A stretch of DNA of 64,000 bases from Octopus sinensis. Lineage: Eukaryota. The stretch is from the NCBI RefSeq assembly GCF_006345805.1, contig NC_043001.1, positions 63,674,001 to 63,738,000 of the forward strand, given 5' to 3'. Made by a program: the position numbers and the translations under genes. The number at the start of each line of letters is the position of its first letter. Within the stretch, counting starts at the first letter, position 1. Under the pieces are notes generated by a model, which made no database searches, was not told the DNA's origin, and worked only from the letters and a program-made list of their open reading frames with translations. Positions 27,701 to 41,387 of the stretch are shown here, piece after piece.

Positions 27701-29490
27701 AATTACTCTGCCACAATGAAGAAATTTTATACGACAAAACTACATTTACAGAAATAGATAAAAACAATTTCACAAATGACACTGAATCTAGAATTTTTCG
27801 GTCAGAAACCGATTAAACAGAATAAATTATTGAAGTGATCTTGAAAAATCACCATTATATTACCATAGAGTTGATGTATCGTTGGTCAATATGTATGTGT
27901 TAACATACTGTATTAATACAGTATGTTAAAAATAATTACTGAGCACCCATAGTCTTCCGGGACTTCGAAATTATTTATAATTCGAAGTTTATAAAAGTTT
28001 TGGCTTGTCCCCATATCTGTTGACGAGGGTGCCAGTTCAACCGATCAACAGAAAAGCCTGCTCCGGAAATTAACGTGCAAGTGGGTGACTACTACATAGA
28101 TACGCGTACCCTTTAACGTATTTCTCAGGATGATTCAGCGGGAAACAGAATGTGACATGGCTGGCCCTTTAAACTACAGGTACTACTCATTTTTGCCAGC
28201 TAAGTAGATAGGAGCAACTAGAAATAAAGTCTCTTGCTCAAGGACACAATGCGTCGCCGGGAATTGAACTCACGATCATAAAGATCGTGAGCCGAATACC
28301 TTAAACACTAGCCATGCGCCTTCACTTCACCTGTTGAACAAAAAAACTAAAATTAAGCATCTAAATGGCACATGTTAATTTTTGGAAATCCCAATTGTTC
28401 TTTTTTTTTTTCTTTTTGGATCCATTATTGAGAATATTTTTACTGATGATAATGACTATTTTGTTTTATTTTAACTATACTTTTTATGTTCTGAGTCCAA
28501 ATTCCGCCGAGGTCGACTTAATCTTTCATCTTTCCAAGGTCGATAAAATAAGTACCAGTCGAGCACTGGGGTCGATGTAATCGACTAACTCCTCCTCCAA
28601 AATATCACGCCTTGTGCCTATAGTAAAAAGGCTTATTTTAACTCAATTTTAAGGTGGCGAACTGGACTATTTTACTGAGTCAATTTTACGGGATAAAATG
28701 AAGTATCAGTCAAGTACTGGGGCCCATGTAATCGACTGGCCCTTCTCCTCAAAATTGCTAGTTTTGCGTCAAAATTAGAAAGAATTATTCAAACTACATT
28801 TACGTGTTTTACTTTCAATATTTCTGCTGAATTTAATGAGTTTTGTGCAAAACTTTGAATCATTATTTGACTTTTTGAAGTTAAAATTAACACATAAAAT
28901 GGAATTCTTACACGTTATATATACCCCACACCACACCAAATTTCATTCGTCAAGCAATATTTTCCAAAGAAATAAGTATGTCGTTCCTTTTGTCCTTCAT
29001 ATATGTATATAAGGCGGTAGTTGGCAAAATTGTCGCTACGCTGGGCAAAATGCTTAGCGGCATTTCGTCCGTTTTTATGTTCTGTGATCAAATTCCGCCG
29101 AGGTCAACTTTGCTTTTCATTCTTTCAGGATCGATAAAATAAGTACCAGTTGAACACTGGAGTCTATCTAATCGACTTATTTCCTCCCCAAAAATGCTGG
29201 CCTTGTACTAAAATTTGAAATCAATATGTATGTGTGTGTGTGTGTATAAATGTGAATGTGGAATGTGGAATGTAAGTTGTTGACCTTACCACTATTTTTT
29301 TCTTTTGACTCTCTCTCTCTCTCTCTCTCTCTCTATTTATCTCTCTATCTATCTCTCTTTCTCTCTCCATTTTTTCCTCTCAACACTTTTTGTTGAAGAG
29401 CGTAGGCCCGAGACGTCAAAGGCTTTTCCATTCTCCCCGAGCTAATACACCTGCTTGTTCTCTCGCCTGTCTTCGTTTTCTGTAAATTTG

Positions 29491-29531
<41 letters not shown>

Positions 29532-29608
29532 GTCTGGGGAGTCATATTGTCTTAATGCCTTATCTAACACACTCACGGTTCGATTTCCACTCATTCATTA
29601 TATATATA

Positions 29609-29675
<67 letters not shown>

Positions 29676-29753
29676 GTCTGGGGAGTCATATTGTCTTAAT
29701 GCCTTATCTAACACACTCACCGATTCGATTTCCACTCATTCATTATATATATA

Positions 29754-29811
<58 letters not shown>

Positions 29812-30187
29812 ATATATATATATTATATTATATATATATTATATATCACGTGATCACGTGACCGACCAGACCATCAGATGTTGCTACACATCGCTGGTCA
29901 CAATGCGTTCGCATTGTTTTAGCCTTAGAATGACGCCACCCCGCTGGCTAAGCGAGCAGGCCAACAGAAGAAAGAGTGGTGAAAGAGTACAGTGTTTGTC
30001 CCCCTAGCATTCCTTGACAACCGATGCTGGTGTGTTTATGTCCCCGTCACTTAGCGGTTCGGCAAAAGTGACCGATAGAATAAGTACTGGGCTTACAAAA
30101 GAATAAGTCCCGGGGTCGAGTTGCTCGATTAAAGGCGGTGCTCCAGCATGGCCGCAGTCAAAACTGAAACAAGTAAAAGAGTAAAGA

Positions 30188-30240
<53 letters not shown>

Positions 30241-30291
30241 TATATATATTATATATATTAATATATTATATAATATCTATATAATATATAT

Positions 30292-30334
<43 letters not shown>

Positions 30335-30450
30335 CTCTCTCTCTACATATATATATATTATATATATATCTATAATATATATTATATATTATATATATAT
30401 ATATATTATATCTCTCACTCTACAATATATATATTATATATATATCTATA

Positions 30451-30496
<46 letters not shown>

Positions 30497-30741
30497 ATAT
30501 ATTATATATTATAATATATATATATATATATTATATTAATATAATATATATATTATATATAATATATATATTATATATATATATATATATAAAATAAATA
30601 TAAGAGAGTGGTCACTATATGGCTCACTCTAGCACCAGTTAATCCAAAAGGTTTCAACCACAAAAATATGTTTCCCATGAAAGTCAGTACGATTGTTAGC
30701 TCACACGGACAGGGCAAATAAAAAATACAAAATACAGATTA

Positions 30742-30822
30742 TTTTGGGACAATTGTTTCGCTATTAATGAATTAAATGTATTTTACTTACAAAAAAATCC
30801 ACTTGTAGCTCGTCAGCCAAAA
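30742..30822 (-). ncRNA. Type I hammerhead ribozyme (family B)
   Basis: Minus strand: ttttgg-CTGACGA-gcta..tagc-GAAAC-aatt-GTC-ccaaaa. Confidence 0.85.
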
Positions 30823-31268
30823 CTATCTGGATGAAATCCACTCAATCACACGCCAGATTTTACCATAACGATAAATACGTGTGTGGTTCAATTGATTACA
30901 TCCGACGTTATAATTCAAATGCCCCAACTAACAGCGCGCCAACTTTCACGAAAACAAATACTGCATTTAGAAATAAATGCAGCATAATTATAATTAATTA
31001 ATAGGGTGAGAGAATTAGATACTAATTTAATAGTATATCTATTCAACACCAAGTGGCCTAGTGCTCCGAGAAACCTGGATTATTATAATATTTTATAATA
31101 TATTATAATTTTTACAAAATAAATATAAGAGAGTGGTCACTATATGGCTCACTCTAGCACCAGTTAATCCAAAAGTTTCAACCACAAAAATACATGTTTC
31201 CCATGAAAGTCAGTACGATTGTTAGCTCACACGGACAGGGCAAATAAAAAATAACAAAATACAGATTA

Positions 31269-31350
31269 TTTTGGGACAATTCTTTCGCTATTAATGAATT
31301 AAATGTAATTTTACTTACAAAAAAATCCACACGTAGCTCGTCAGCCAAAA
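31269..31350 (-). ncRNA. Type I hammerhead ribozyme (family B), stem III variant
   Basis: Same motif with GAAAG instead of GAAAC. Confidence 0.65.
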
Positions 31351-31453
31351 CTATCTGGATGAAATCCACGTCGGATGTAATCAATTGAACCACACGCGTA
31401 TTTATCGTTATGGTAAAATCTGGCGTGTGATTGAGTGGATTTCATCCAGATAG

Positions 31454-31535
31454 TTTTGGCTGACGAGCTACAAGTGGATTTTTTTGTAAGTAAAATTACA
31501 TTTAATTCATTAATAGCGAAACAATTGTCCCAAAA
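31454..31535 (+). ncRNA. Type I hammerhead ribozyme (family B)
   Basis: ttttgg-CTGACGA-gcta..tagc-GAAAC-aatt-GTC-ccaaaa; palindromic ACAATTGT stem III. Confidence 0.88.
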
Positions 31536-31828
31536 TAATCTGTATTTTGTTATTTTTATTTGCCCTGTCCGTGTGAGCTAACAATCGTACTGACTTTCAT
31601 GGGAAACATGTATTTTTGTGTGTTGAAACCTTTTGATTAACTGGTGCTAGAGTGAGCCATATAGTGACCACTCTCTTATATTTATTTTGTAAAAATATTA
31701 TAATATATTATAAAATATTATAATAATCCAGGTTTCTCGGAGCACTAGGCCACTTGGTGTTGAATAGATATACTATTAAATTAGTATCTAATTCTCTCAC
31801 CCTTATAATTAATTATATATATATATAT

Positions 31829-31881
<53 letters not shown>

Positions 31882-31911
31882 ATATATTATATATATATAT
31901 TATTATATATA

Positions 31912-31977
<66 letters not shown>

Positions 31978-32042
31978 ATATATAGATATATATATAATAT
32001 ATATATATGTAGAGAGAGAGATATAAATAATATATATATATA

Positions 32043-32078
<36 letters not shown>

Positions 32079-32365
32079 GATAATATTATATATATAGAGA
32101 TATATATATAATGTATATATATGTAGAGAGAGAGATATAATATATATATATATATATATCTTCTTCCATTTTCCTGAGCGCCTAATAATAATAATTATTA
32201 AGTGACGGGGACATAAACACACCAGCATCGGTTGTTTAATTGTTCCACGTGTTGTTGTTTTTTCTGTTTTCCCGTTTGGATTAACCTTATATATATATAT
32301 ATAATATATTATATCTCTCTCTCTACATATATAATATATTATATATATCTATTTATATATATATA

Positions 32366-32406
<41 letters not shown>

Positions 32407-32569
32407 TTATGTATATATATATATATTATATATAATATATAGTATATTATATATATATAGATTATATATTTATATATATTTATATATATTATATATTATA
32501 TATATATATATATGATATATCTATATATATATATATATTATATATTATATATATATAATATATAATATA

Positions 32570-32611
<42 letters not shown>

Positions 32612-32905
32612 TATTATATTATAATATATATATATATATAGATATATATACATATAATATATATATAAATAGATATATATATAATATATATATATGTAGA
32701 GAGAGAGAGATATAATATATATAATATATATATATATATAAGGTTAATCCAAACGGAAAACAGAAAAAAAACAACAACACGTGGAACAATTAAAGTATTA
32801 TTATTATTAGGCGCTCAGGAAAATGGAAGAAGATATATATATAATATATATTATATCTCTCTCTCTACATATATATACATTATATATATATCTCGATATA
32901 TATAT

Positions 32906-32975
<70 letters not shown>

Positions 32976-33006
32976 CTCTCTCTCTACATATATATTATAT
33001 ATATAA

Positions 33007-33094
<88 letters not shown>

Positions 33095-33165
33095 ATATAT
33101 ATATATATAATATATATATATATAATATATATATATAATAATATATATATATTATATATATATAT

Positions 33166-33212
<47 letters not shown>

Positions 33213-33248
33213 ATAATATATATATATATAATATATATATAATAATAT

Positions 33249-33291
<43 letters not shown>

Positions 33292-33388
33292 TATTATATA
33301 TATATATATATAATATATATAATTATATATATATATATATTATTATATATATATATATATTATATATAATATATATAATAATATATAT

Positions 33389-33422
<34 letters not shown>

Positions 33423-33516
33423 ATATATATATATATATTATATCTCTCTCTCTACAATATATATATATATATATCTATTTATATATATATTATATATATT
33501 ATATATATATTATATA

Positions 33517-33579
<63 letters not shown>

Positions 33580-33799
33580 ATATATATATAATATATATAT
33601 ATATATTATATATATATATATATATATAATATATATTTATATATTATATATATATATATATTATATATATAATATATATTATATATATATATATAATATA
33701 TAATATATATATATATATATATATAATATATATATAATAGATATATATAATATATATATATGTAGAGAGAGAGATATAATATATTATATAATAATTATA

Positions 33800-33852
<53 letters not shown>

Positions 33853-34043
33853 TTAATCCAAACGGGAAAACAGAAAAAACAACACACGTGGAACAATTAA
33901 AGTATTATTATTATTAGGCGCTCAGGAAAATGAAGAGAGAAGATATATATATATATATACAATATCTCTCTCTACATATATATATATATTATATATATAT
34001 ATTTATATATATATATCTATATATATATATATTATATATAATA

Positions 34044-34075
<32 letters not shown>

Positions 34076-34203
34076 TATATCTCTCTCTCTACATATATAT
34101 ATATTATATATATATCTATATATATATATATATAATATATATATATATATATAATATATATATATATGTATATATTAATATATATATATATATAATATAA
34201 TAG

Positions 34204-34253
<50 letters not shown>

Positions 34254-34370
34254 AATATATTATATATATATTATATTATATATATATTATATATAATACA
34301 TATATTATATATATTATATATATATATATTATATATATATATATATTAATATATATATTGCAATATATAT

Positions 34371-34415
<45 letters not shown>

Positions 34416-34481
34416 ATAGTATATATATATTATATATATTATATTATATATATATATATTATATATAATATTATATATATA

Positions 34482-34518
<37 letters not shown>

Positions 34519-34610
34519 ATATATATATATATATATATATATTATATTATATACATATTATTATTATATATATATATAATATATATATATATATATAATA
34601 TATATATATA

Positions 34611-34911
34611 TGGCGCGAGTGCGATGATTTGAAAATTTTAGGTCAGATATTGCAGAGACAGTAGTGGAACTGCCTCGTGTAAATATCTGCCCCGATCTGG
34701 CTGACTTTACTGATGAATCTACCGGCCTATGGAAGATTAGCTTGATTTAATTTAATCAGGTTGATTTACCATTAAAGAATAGACGAAACGATGCATCGTA
34801 TAAAGTATTACAGGGTAAATGTTTTTTAAATTTTCTCCTGTTTACGGAATTAATTGTTTTGCGGTTGAAGCTTTGGCTGTTATTTCTAGTGGGTTGAATG
34901 GCCTATTATGC
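34611..34911 (+). mobile_element. Diverged partial copy of HHR element family A in (TA)n
   Basis: Aligns by eye to ~7907-8210. Confidence 0.85.
34704..34806 (+). ncRNA. Type I hammerhead ribozyme with enlarged stem II (family A)
   Basis: acttta-CTGATGA-atcta..tagac-GAAAC-gatgcatc-GTA-taaagt; perfect palindrome ACGATGCATCGT. Confidence 0.85.
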
Positions 34912-34931
34912 TATATATTATATATATATAG

Positions 34932-34964
<33 letters not shown>

Positions 34965-34995
34965 TATATACATATATATATATATTATATATATA

Positions 34996-35028
<33 letters not shown>

Positions 35029-35059
35029 GATATATATATATATATAATATAATAATATA

Positions 35060-35104
<45 letters not shown>

Positions 35105-35301
35105 TATATATAAATATATATATATACATATATATATAATATATAGCATAATAGGCCATTCAACCCACTAGAAATAACAGCCAAAGCTTCAACCGCAAAA
35201 CAATATTAAAACAGTTTCGCCATGGGCTCTTAGGAGCACAGTTCGATTTGTTTTTTGCTCCGCCTCTGTTCTGTTTTTGTGTTTCCAACGGATTTCCTTT
35301 T

Positions 35302-35389
35302 TTCTTCCTGATGAGAAAGACACAATATGGTCCCATTATTCAATCGGATTTTGGTAATTTGTGCCTTTCGAAACACGTGTAGAATGAAA
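35302..35389 (+). ncRNA. Type I hammerhead ribozyme (family C)
   Basis: ttcttc-CTGATGA-gaaagacacaa..ttgtgcctttc-GAAAC-acgt-GTA-gaatgaa, followed by AATAAA. Confidence 0.8.
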
Positions 35390-35539
35390 TAAAACGATTT
35401 CTGTTCAATCTGCGTTCAGCTCCATTTCTTCAATTCACCAATAATGTTTTATATATATATATATATATATTATTTAATTATATATTATATATCTATATTA
35501 TATATATATAATATATATATATATTATATATTAGAATAT

Positions 35540-35592
<53 letters not shown>

Positions 35593-35602
35593 TTATATAT
35601 AT

Positions 35603-37129
35603 GAAAACTGAAGGAAGGTAAAATATGCCCCATTCATAAAGGAGGTAGCAGAGCGGAAGCCAAGAACTATAGACCTATCTCTCTGACCTCACACATCAGC
35701 AAGGTCATGGAACGAATAGTCAGAAGGAAGCTGATCACCTTTCTTGAAGAGAATGACTTGCTGCCCGACACCCAACATGGTTTCCGACCAGGGAAAATCT
35801 GTTTAACTCAGCTCCTACAACACTATGACTGGGTGCTGAAACGGCTGCTCAACCACTCAAATGTGGAAGTGATATATCTCGACTTTGCAAAGGCCTTTGA
35901 TAAAGTCGATCATGGAATGATATGTCACAAACTACGTGATCTCAACATAGTTGGAAAACTGGGAGAATGGCTTCATGACTTTCTGAAAGATAGAAGTCAG
36001 GTGGTAGTGGCCAATGGGGCCACTTCCATTAACACGCAAATAGTGAGTGGTGTTCCGCAGGGCACTGTTCTGGGACCACTACTGTTCATAATGGCCCTTT
36101 CAGACATGCCCTCAGCCACGCAGAGAGCAACGATCACAAGTTATGCAGATGATACAAAAGTTTCACAGGCAATACAGAACCCTGAGGACACTAAACACCT
36201 GCAATGTGAGCTAGACAAAATATACAAGTGGGCCGAAAAGAATAGCATGCAGTTCAATGCTGAAAAGTTTCAAGCTCTATACTATCAGCATGCAAAACTA
36301 AATGCAATACCCAATGAATACACTGGACCCGGAGGAATAGCAATCCCAGAGGCACAATCAGTGCGTGACCTAGGTATTTACATGAGTGATGACGCGACCT
36401 TTCGTGTACATGTTGCTAAATTGGCAATGAAATGTAGACGACTGGCCGGATGGATCCTCAGAACCTTTAGAACAAGAAACCATGATGGTCCTCTGGAGGA
36501 CACTTGTCCTAAGCCACTTTGACTACTGCTCTCAGTTATGGTCACCATCCAGTGTCAAGTTGATCGCAGAGCTCGAGGCGATCCAACGTAGCTACACGAA
36601 GAAGATAGCTTCTATGCAGAATGTAAGCTACTGGGAAAGACTCAAGAGATTAAAACTATATTCCCTGGAGCGTAGGCGGGAAAGATATGCCATAATATAC
36701 ATCTGGAAGATCCTGGAGGGACGTGTCCTGAACTTTGGCATCGAGAGTTACGCAAATGCCAGAACTGGGCGCCACTGCGTGGTGCCTAGGACTCCAAACT
36801 TGCCATCAAGATGTAGGACAAGATTCTGTGATAGCCTGGGCTTCCGAGGCCCACAGCTCTTCAATATCCTACCGAAGAACCTGAGAGACCTGCATGGGGT
36901 GGATGCAGATGTCTTTAAAATGAAGCTGGATCTCTTCCTGTCAGGTGTCCCAGATGAACCAACTTCACGGCAGGAGGTGCAGATGAGGGCAGCTGCATCG
37001 AACTCTCTCATGCACCAATGGCAGTTGCTAGAAAGCTTTCGTGAAGTGAAACCAAGTAGCAACACCAAATGGCGGTGCCCCAGCATGGCCACAGCTCATA
37101 AGCTGAAACTAGAATCAATCAATCAATCA
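35603..37129 (+). mobile_element. 5'-truncated CR1-group LINE (RT, one frameshift near 36477) with (ATCA)n tail, inserted in (TA)n
   Basis: NYRPISLTS, QHGFR, YLDFAKAFDKVDH, SGVPQGTVLGPLLF, YADDTK, VRDLGI, LERRR. Confidence 0.95.
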
Positions 37130-37488
37130 TATATATATATATATATATATATTATATTATATATATATATATATTATATTACATATAATATTATATATAT
37201 TATATATATATTATATTATATATATATATATATATTATATATATATATATTTTTTGTACTTGTTTCAGTCATTTGACTGCGGCCATGCTGGAGCACCGCC
37301 TTTAGAGTGGTGAAAGAGTACAGCAGGGATCACCACCATCCCCTGCCAGAGCCTCGTGGAGCTTTTAGGTGTTTTCGCTCAATAAACACACACAACGCCC
37401 GGTCTGGAATCGAAACCGCGATCCTCCGACCGCGAGACCGCTGCCATAACCACTGGGCCATATATATTATATTATATATAATATATAT

Positions 37489-37534
<46 letters not shown>

Positions 37535-37607
37535 ATAATATATATATAATATATATATATATATATTATATATATATATAATATATATATAATATATATA
37601 TATATTA

Positions 37608-37686
<79 letters not shown>

Positions 37687-37690
37687 ATAT

Positions 37691-37721
<31 letters not shown>

Positions 37722-37833
37722 ATATATATATATATATAATATATTAATATATATATTATATATATATATATATAATATATTATATATATTATATATATAT
37801 ATTATATATATATAATTATAATATAATATATAC

Positions 37834-38249
37834 GCTTTACTCTTTTACTCTTTTACTTGTTTCAGTCATTTGACTGCGGCCATGCTGGGGCACCGCCTTA
37901 GTCGAGCAAATCAACCCCGGGACTTATTCTTTGTAAGCCCAGTACTTATTCTATCGGTCTCTTTTGCCGAACCGCTAAGTGACGGGGACGTAAACACGCC
38001 AGCATCGGTTGTCAAGCAATGCTAGGGGGACAGACACACACAAACACCACACACATACAAATACATATAATATAATATACATATATACGACAGGCTTCTT
38101 TCAGTTTCCGTCTACCAAATCCACTCACAGGCATTGGTCGGCCCGGGGCTATAGCAGAAAACACTTGCCCAAGATGCCACGCAGTGGGACTGAACCCGGA
38201 ACCATGTGGTTGGTTAGCAAGCTACTTACCACACAGCCACTCCTACGCC
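37834..38249 (-). mobile_element. tRNA-derived SINE (same family as 9606-10000)
   Basis: Reverse-complement match including head and tail. Confidence 0.85.
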
Positions 38250-38272
38250 TATATATATATATTATAGTTATA

Positions 38273-38311
<39 letters not shown>

Positions 38312-38394
38312 GGTCCCGGGTTGATCCGGGGTTAACCACAGTAAGTAAGGTACTCAATACATAGCAGAGTAAAATTAATTTATTATATAGAAGG

Positions 38395-38445
38395 AGCTTC
38401 TACAGGACTAGTACTGTTTCATTCAAGAGAAATCTTCAGGAAGCT
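38395..38445 (-). ncRNA. Type I hammerhead ribozyme (family D)
   Basis: Minus strand: agcttc-CTGAAGA-tttctcttgaat-GAAACAG-tactagtc-CTGTA-gaagct, then AATAAA. Stem II is weak. Confidence 0.75.
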
Positions 38446-38780
38446 ATTTAACAAGAATTGTATTAGCATTTATACATTTAGGCAGGTTTAAAGGAGTGGT
38501 GGTGGGGGACTTTTTTGGGGGTAGGCATAGCGCAAAATATCATACTTGGGGGAGTGGTCAAGGAGTCAGTGGTAAGTTAGATGAAAGAATAGATAAATAA
38601 AAAAATAAAAAAATATTTTTTTATTTTTTTATTTATCTATCTTTCATCTAACTTACCACTGACTCCTTGACCACTCCCCCAAGTATGATATTTTGCGCTA
38701 TGCCTACCCCCAAAAAAGTCCCCCACCACCATCCTTTAAACCTGCCTAAATGTATAAATGCTAATACAATTCTTGTAAAT

Positions 38781-38832
38781 AGCTTCCTGAAGATTTCTCT
38801 TGAATGAAACAGTACTAGTCCTGATAGAAGCT
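38781..38832 (+). ncRNA. Inverted copy of the family D hammerhead (1-nt insertion near the cleavage site)
   Basis: Mirror arm of a palindrome centred at ~38614. Confidence 0.6.
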
Positions 38833-38900
38833 CTTCTATATAATAAATATATATTATATATATATATATTATATACACACTCACACTCAGCACGCGCACG

Positions 38901-38951
<51 letters not shown>

Positions 38952-39059
38952 GCTTCGTTTTTGTATCTGGCTTACAAGATTTATATGAAATCGTGTGTTG
39001 TGTCTGGAGAGTCATATTGTCTTAATGCCTTTATAACACACCCACCTGTTCGATTTCCA

Positions 39060-39157
<98 letters not shown>

Positions 39158-39413
39158 AATATTATATATATATATATATGATATATATATTATATATATT
39201 ATAATATATAATATTATATATATAATATATAATATATGTTATACATATATATTATATATATATATATATTATATATATATATATATAATATATATTATAT
39301 ATATATATATATTATATATTATATATAATATATAAATATAATATATATATATATAAATATATATATATATTATATATTATAATATATATTATTATATATA
39401 TAAAATATATATA

Positions 39414-39455
<42 letters not shown>

Positions 39456-39531
39456 TATTTTATATATATATATAATATATATATTTTATATATATATATA
39501 AATATATATATATATAATATATATATTATAT

Positions 39532-39564
<33 letters not shown>

Positions 39565-39577
39565 ATATATTATATAT

Positions 39578-39608
<31 letters not shown>

Positions 39609-39733
39609 ATATATATATAATATATATATATATATAATATATAAAATATTATTAGAGACAAAACCACTATTTTGCAAAACAACAAGGAAAGACTTAATTA
39701 ATACATAAAATTTTAATAAATAGTCAAAAAAAG

Positions 39734-39776
39734 CCACTACAATTGTTTCTTGTCTTGATCGACAATCTTCAGGTGG
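39734..39776 (-). ncRNA. Minimal type I hammerhead (family E)
   Basis: Reverse complement of ccac-CTGAAGA-ttgtc-gatcaa-gacaa-GAAAC-aatt-GTA-gtgg. Confidence 0.9.
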
Positions 39777-39815
39777 ACTTCCAATAAGTCAGTTTCAAAT
39801 TATGAACTGAAAAGT

Positions 39816-39858
39816 CCACCTGAAGATTGTCGATCAAGACAAGAAACAATTGTAGTGG
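39816..39858 (+). ncRNA. Minimal type I hammerhead (family E)
   Basis: ccac-CTGAAGA-ttgtc-gatcaa-gacaa-GAAAC-aatt-GTA-gtgg; perfect stems I and II, palindromic stem III. Confidence 0.92.
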
Positions 39859-40116
39859 CGGTTTTTTTGACTATTTATTAAAATTTTATGTATTGATAAG
39901 TCTTTCTTGTTTGTTTTGCAAACTAGTGGTTTTGTCTCTAATAATATTTTATAATATTTTACTATAAAATTGGATTTAATCCTAAATCTGATTTTTTCCC
40001 TGTAAATTTGGATTATTCTTCTAATATTTATTATTTAATATAATATATATATATATATATAATATATATAATATATATATATATATATAATATATATATC
40101 ATATATATATATATAT

Positions 40117-40165
<49 letters not shown>

Positions 40166-40415
40166 TATATATATATATATGATAATATATTATAATATAT
40201 ATATAATATATATATATTATATATATATTATATAATAATTGTATACATATAGATTATATTATATATATATATTATATTATATATATATAATATAATTATA
40301 TATAATATATATATATTATATATATATATATAATATATAATATATTAATATATATATATAAATATATATATATATTATATATTATATATATATATTATAT
40401 ATATATAAATATATA

Positions 40416-40451
<36 letters not shown>

Positions 40452-40533
40452 TATATATATTGTATATATATATATATAATATATATATTTATATATATAT
40501 AATATATATATATATAATATATATATATATATA

Positions 40534-40570
<37 letters not shown>

Positions 40571-40734
40571 ATAATATATATATATATTAATATATATATA
40601 TATATATATAATATAATATAAATATTATATCTATAATATATAAAAATTATTAGAGACAAAACCACTATTTTGCAAAACAAACAAGGAAAGACTTAATTAA
40701 TACATAAAATTTTAATAAATAGTCAAAAAAACCG

Positions 40735-40777
40735 CCACTACAATTGTTTCTTGTCTTGATCGACAATCTTCAGGTGG
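40735..40777 (-). ncRNA. Minimal type I hammerhead (family E, duplicate)
   Basis: Identical motif in the direct duplicate ~1001 bp downstream. Confidence 0.85.
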
Positions 40778-40816
40778 ACTTCCAATAAGTCAGTTTCAAA
40801 TTATGAAACTGAAAGT

Positions 40817-40859
40817 CCACCTGAAGATTGTCGATCAAGACAAGAAACAATTGTAGTGG
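40817..40859 (+). ncRNA. Minimal type I hammerhead (family E, duplicate)
   Basis: Identical motif. Confidence 0.85.
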
Positions 40860-41051
40860 CGGTTTTTTTGACTATTTATTAAAATTTTATGTATTGATTA
40901 AGTCTTTCCTTGTTTGTTTTGCAAACTAGTGGTTTTGTCTCTAATAATATTTTATAATATTTTACTATAAAATTGGATTTAATCTAAATCTGATTTTTTC
41001 CCTGTAAATTTGGATTTATTCCCTAATATTTATTATTTATATAATATATAT

Positions 41052-41083
<32 letters not shown>

Positions 41084-41107
41084 ATATAATATATATATCA
41101 TATATAT

Positions 41108-41192
<85 letters not shown>

Positions 41193-41328
41193 TGGAAATC
41201 GAACAGGTGGGCGTGTTAGATAAGGCATTAAGACAATATGACTCTCCAGACACAACACACGATTTCATATAAAGAATCTTGTAAGCCAGATTCAAAAACG
41301 AGAAGCCTCTGTGTGTGTGTGTGTGTGG

Positions 41329-41387
<59 letters not shown>

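Larger units (their letters stand above)
30591..31815. mobile_element. HHR-bearing element, family B: ~1.5 tandem ~525-nt monomers (-) plus an inverted ~445-nt copy (+)
   Basis: 30601-30841 is repeated at 31126-31369. 31369-31815 is a reverse complement spanning the repeat. Flanked by (TA)n. Confidence 0.85.
29495..41190. repeat. Very long interrupted (TA)n region hosting nested insertions
   Basis: Direct reading. All YI-repeat ORFs here are artefacts. Confidence 0.9.

Noticed and set aside
35210-35236. Minus-strand CTAAGA-gcc-cat-ggc-GAAAC
   Set aside because: The core lacks a G and has no stem I partner; at best a truncated relic.
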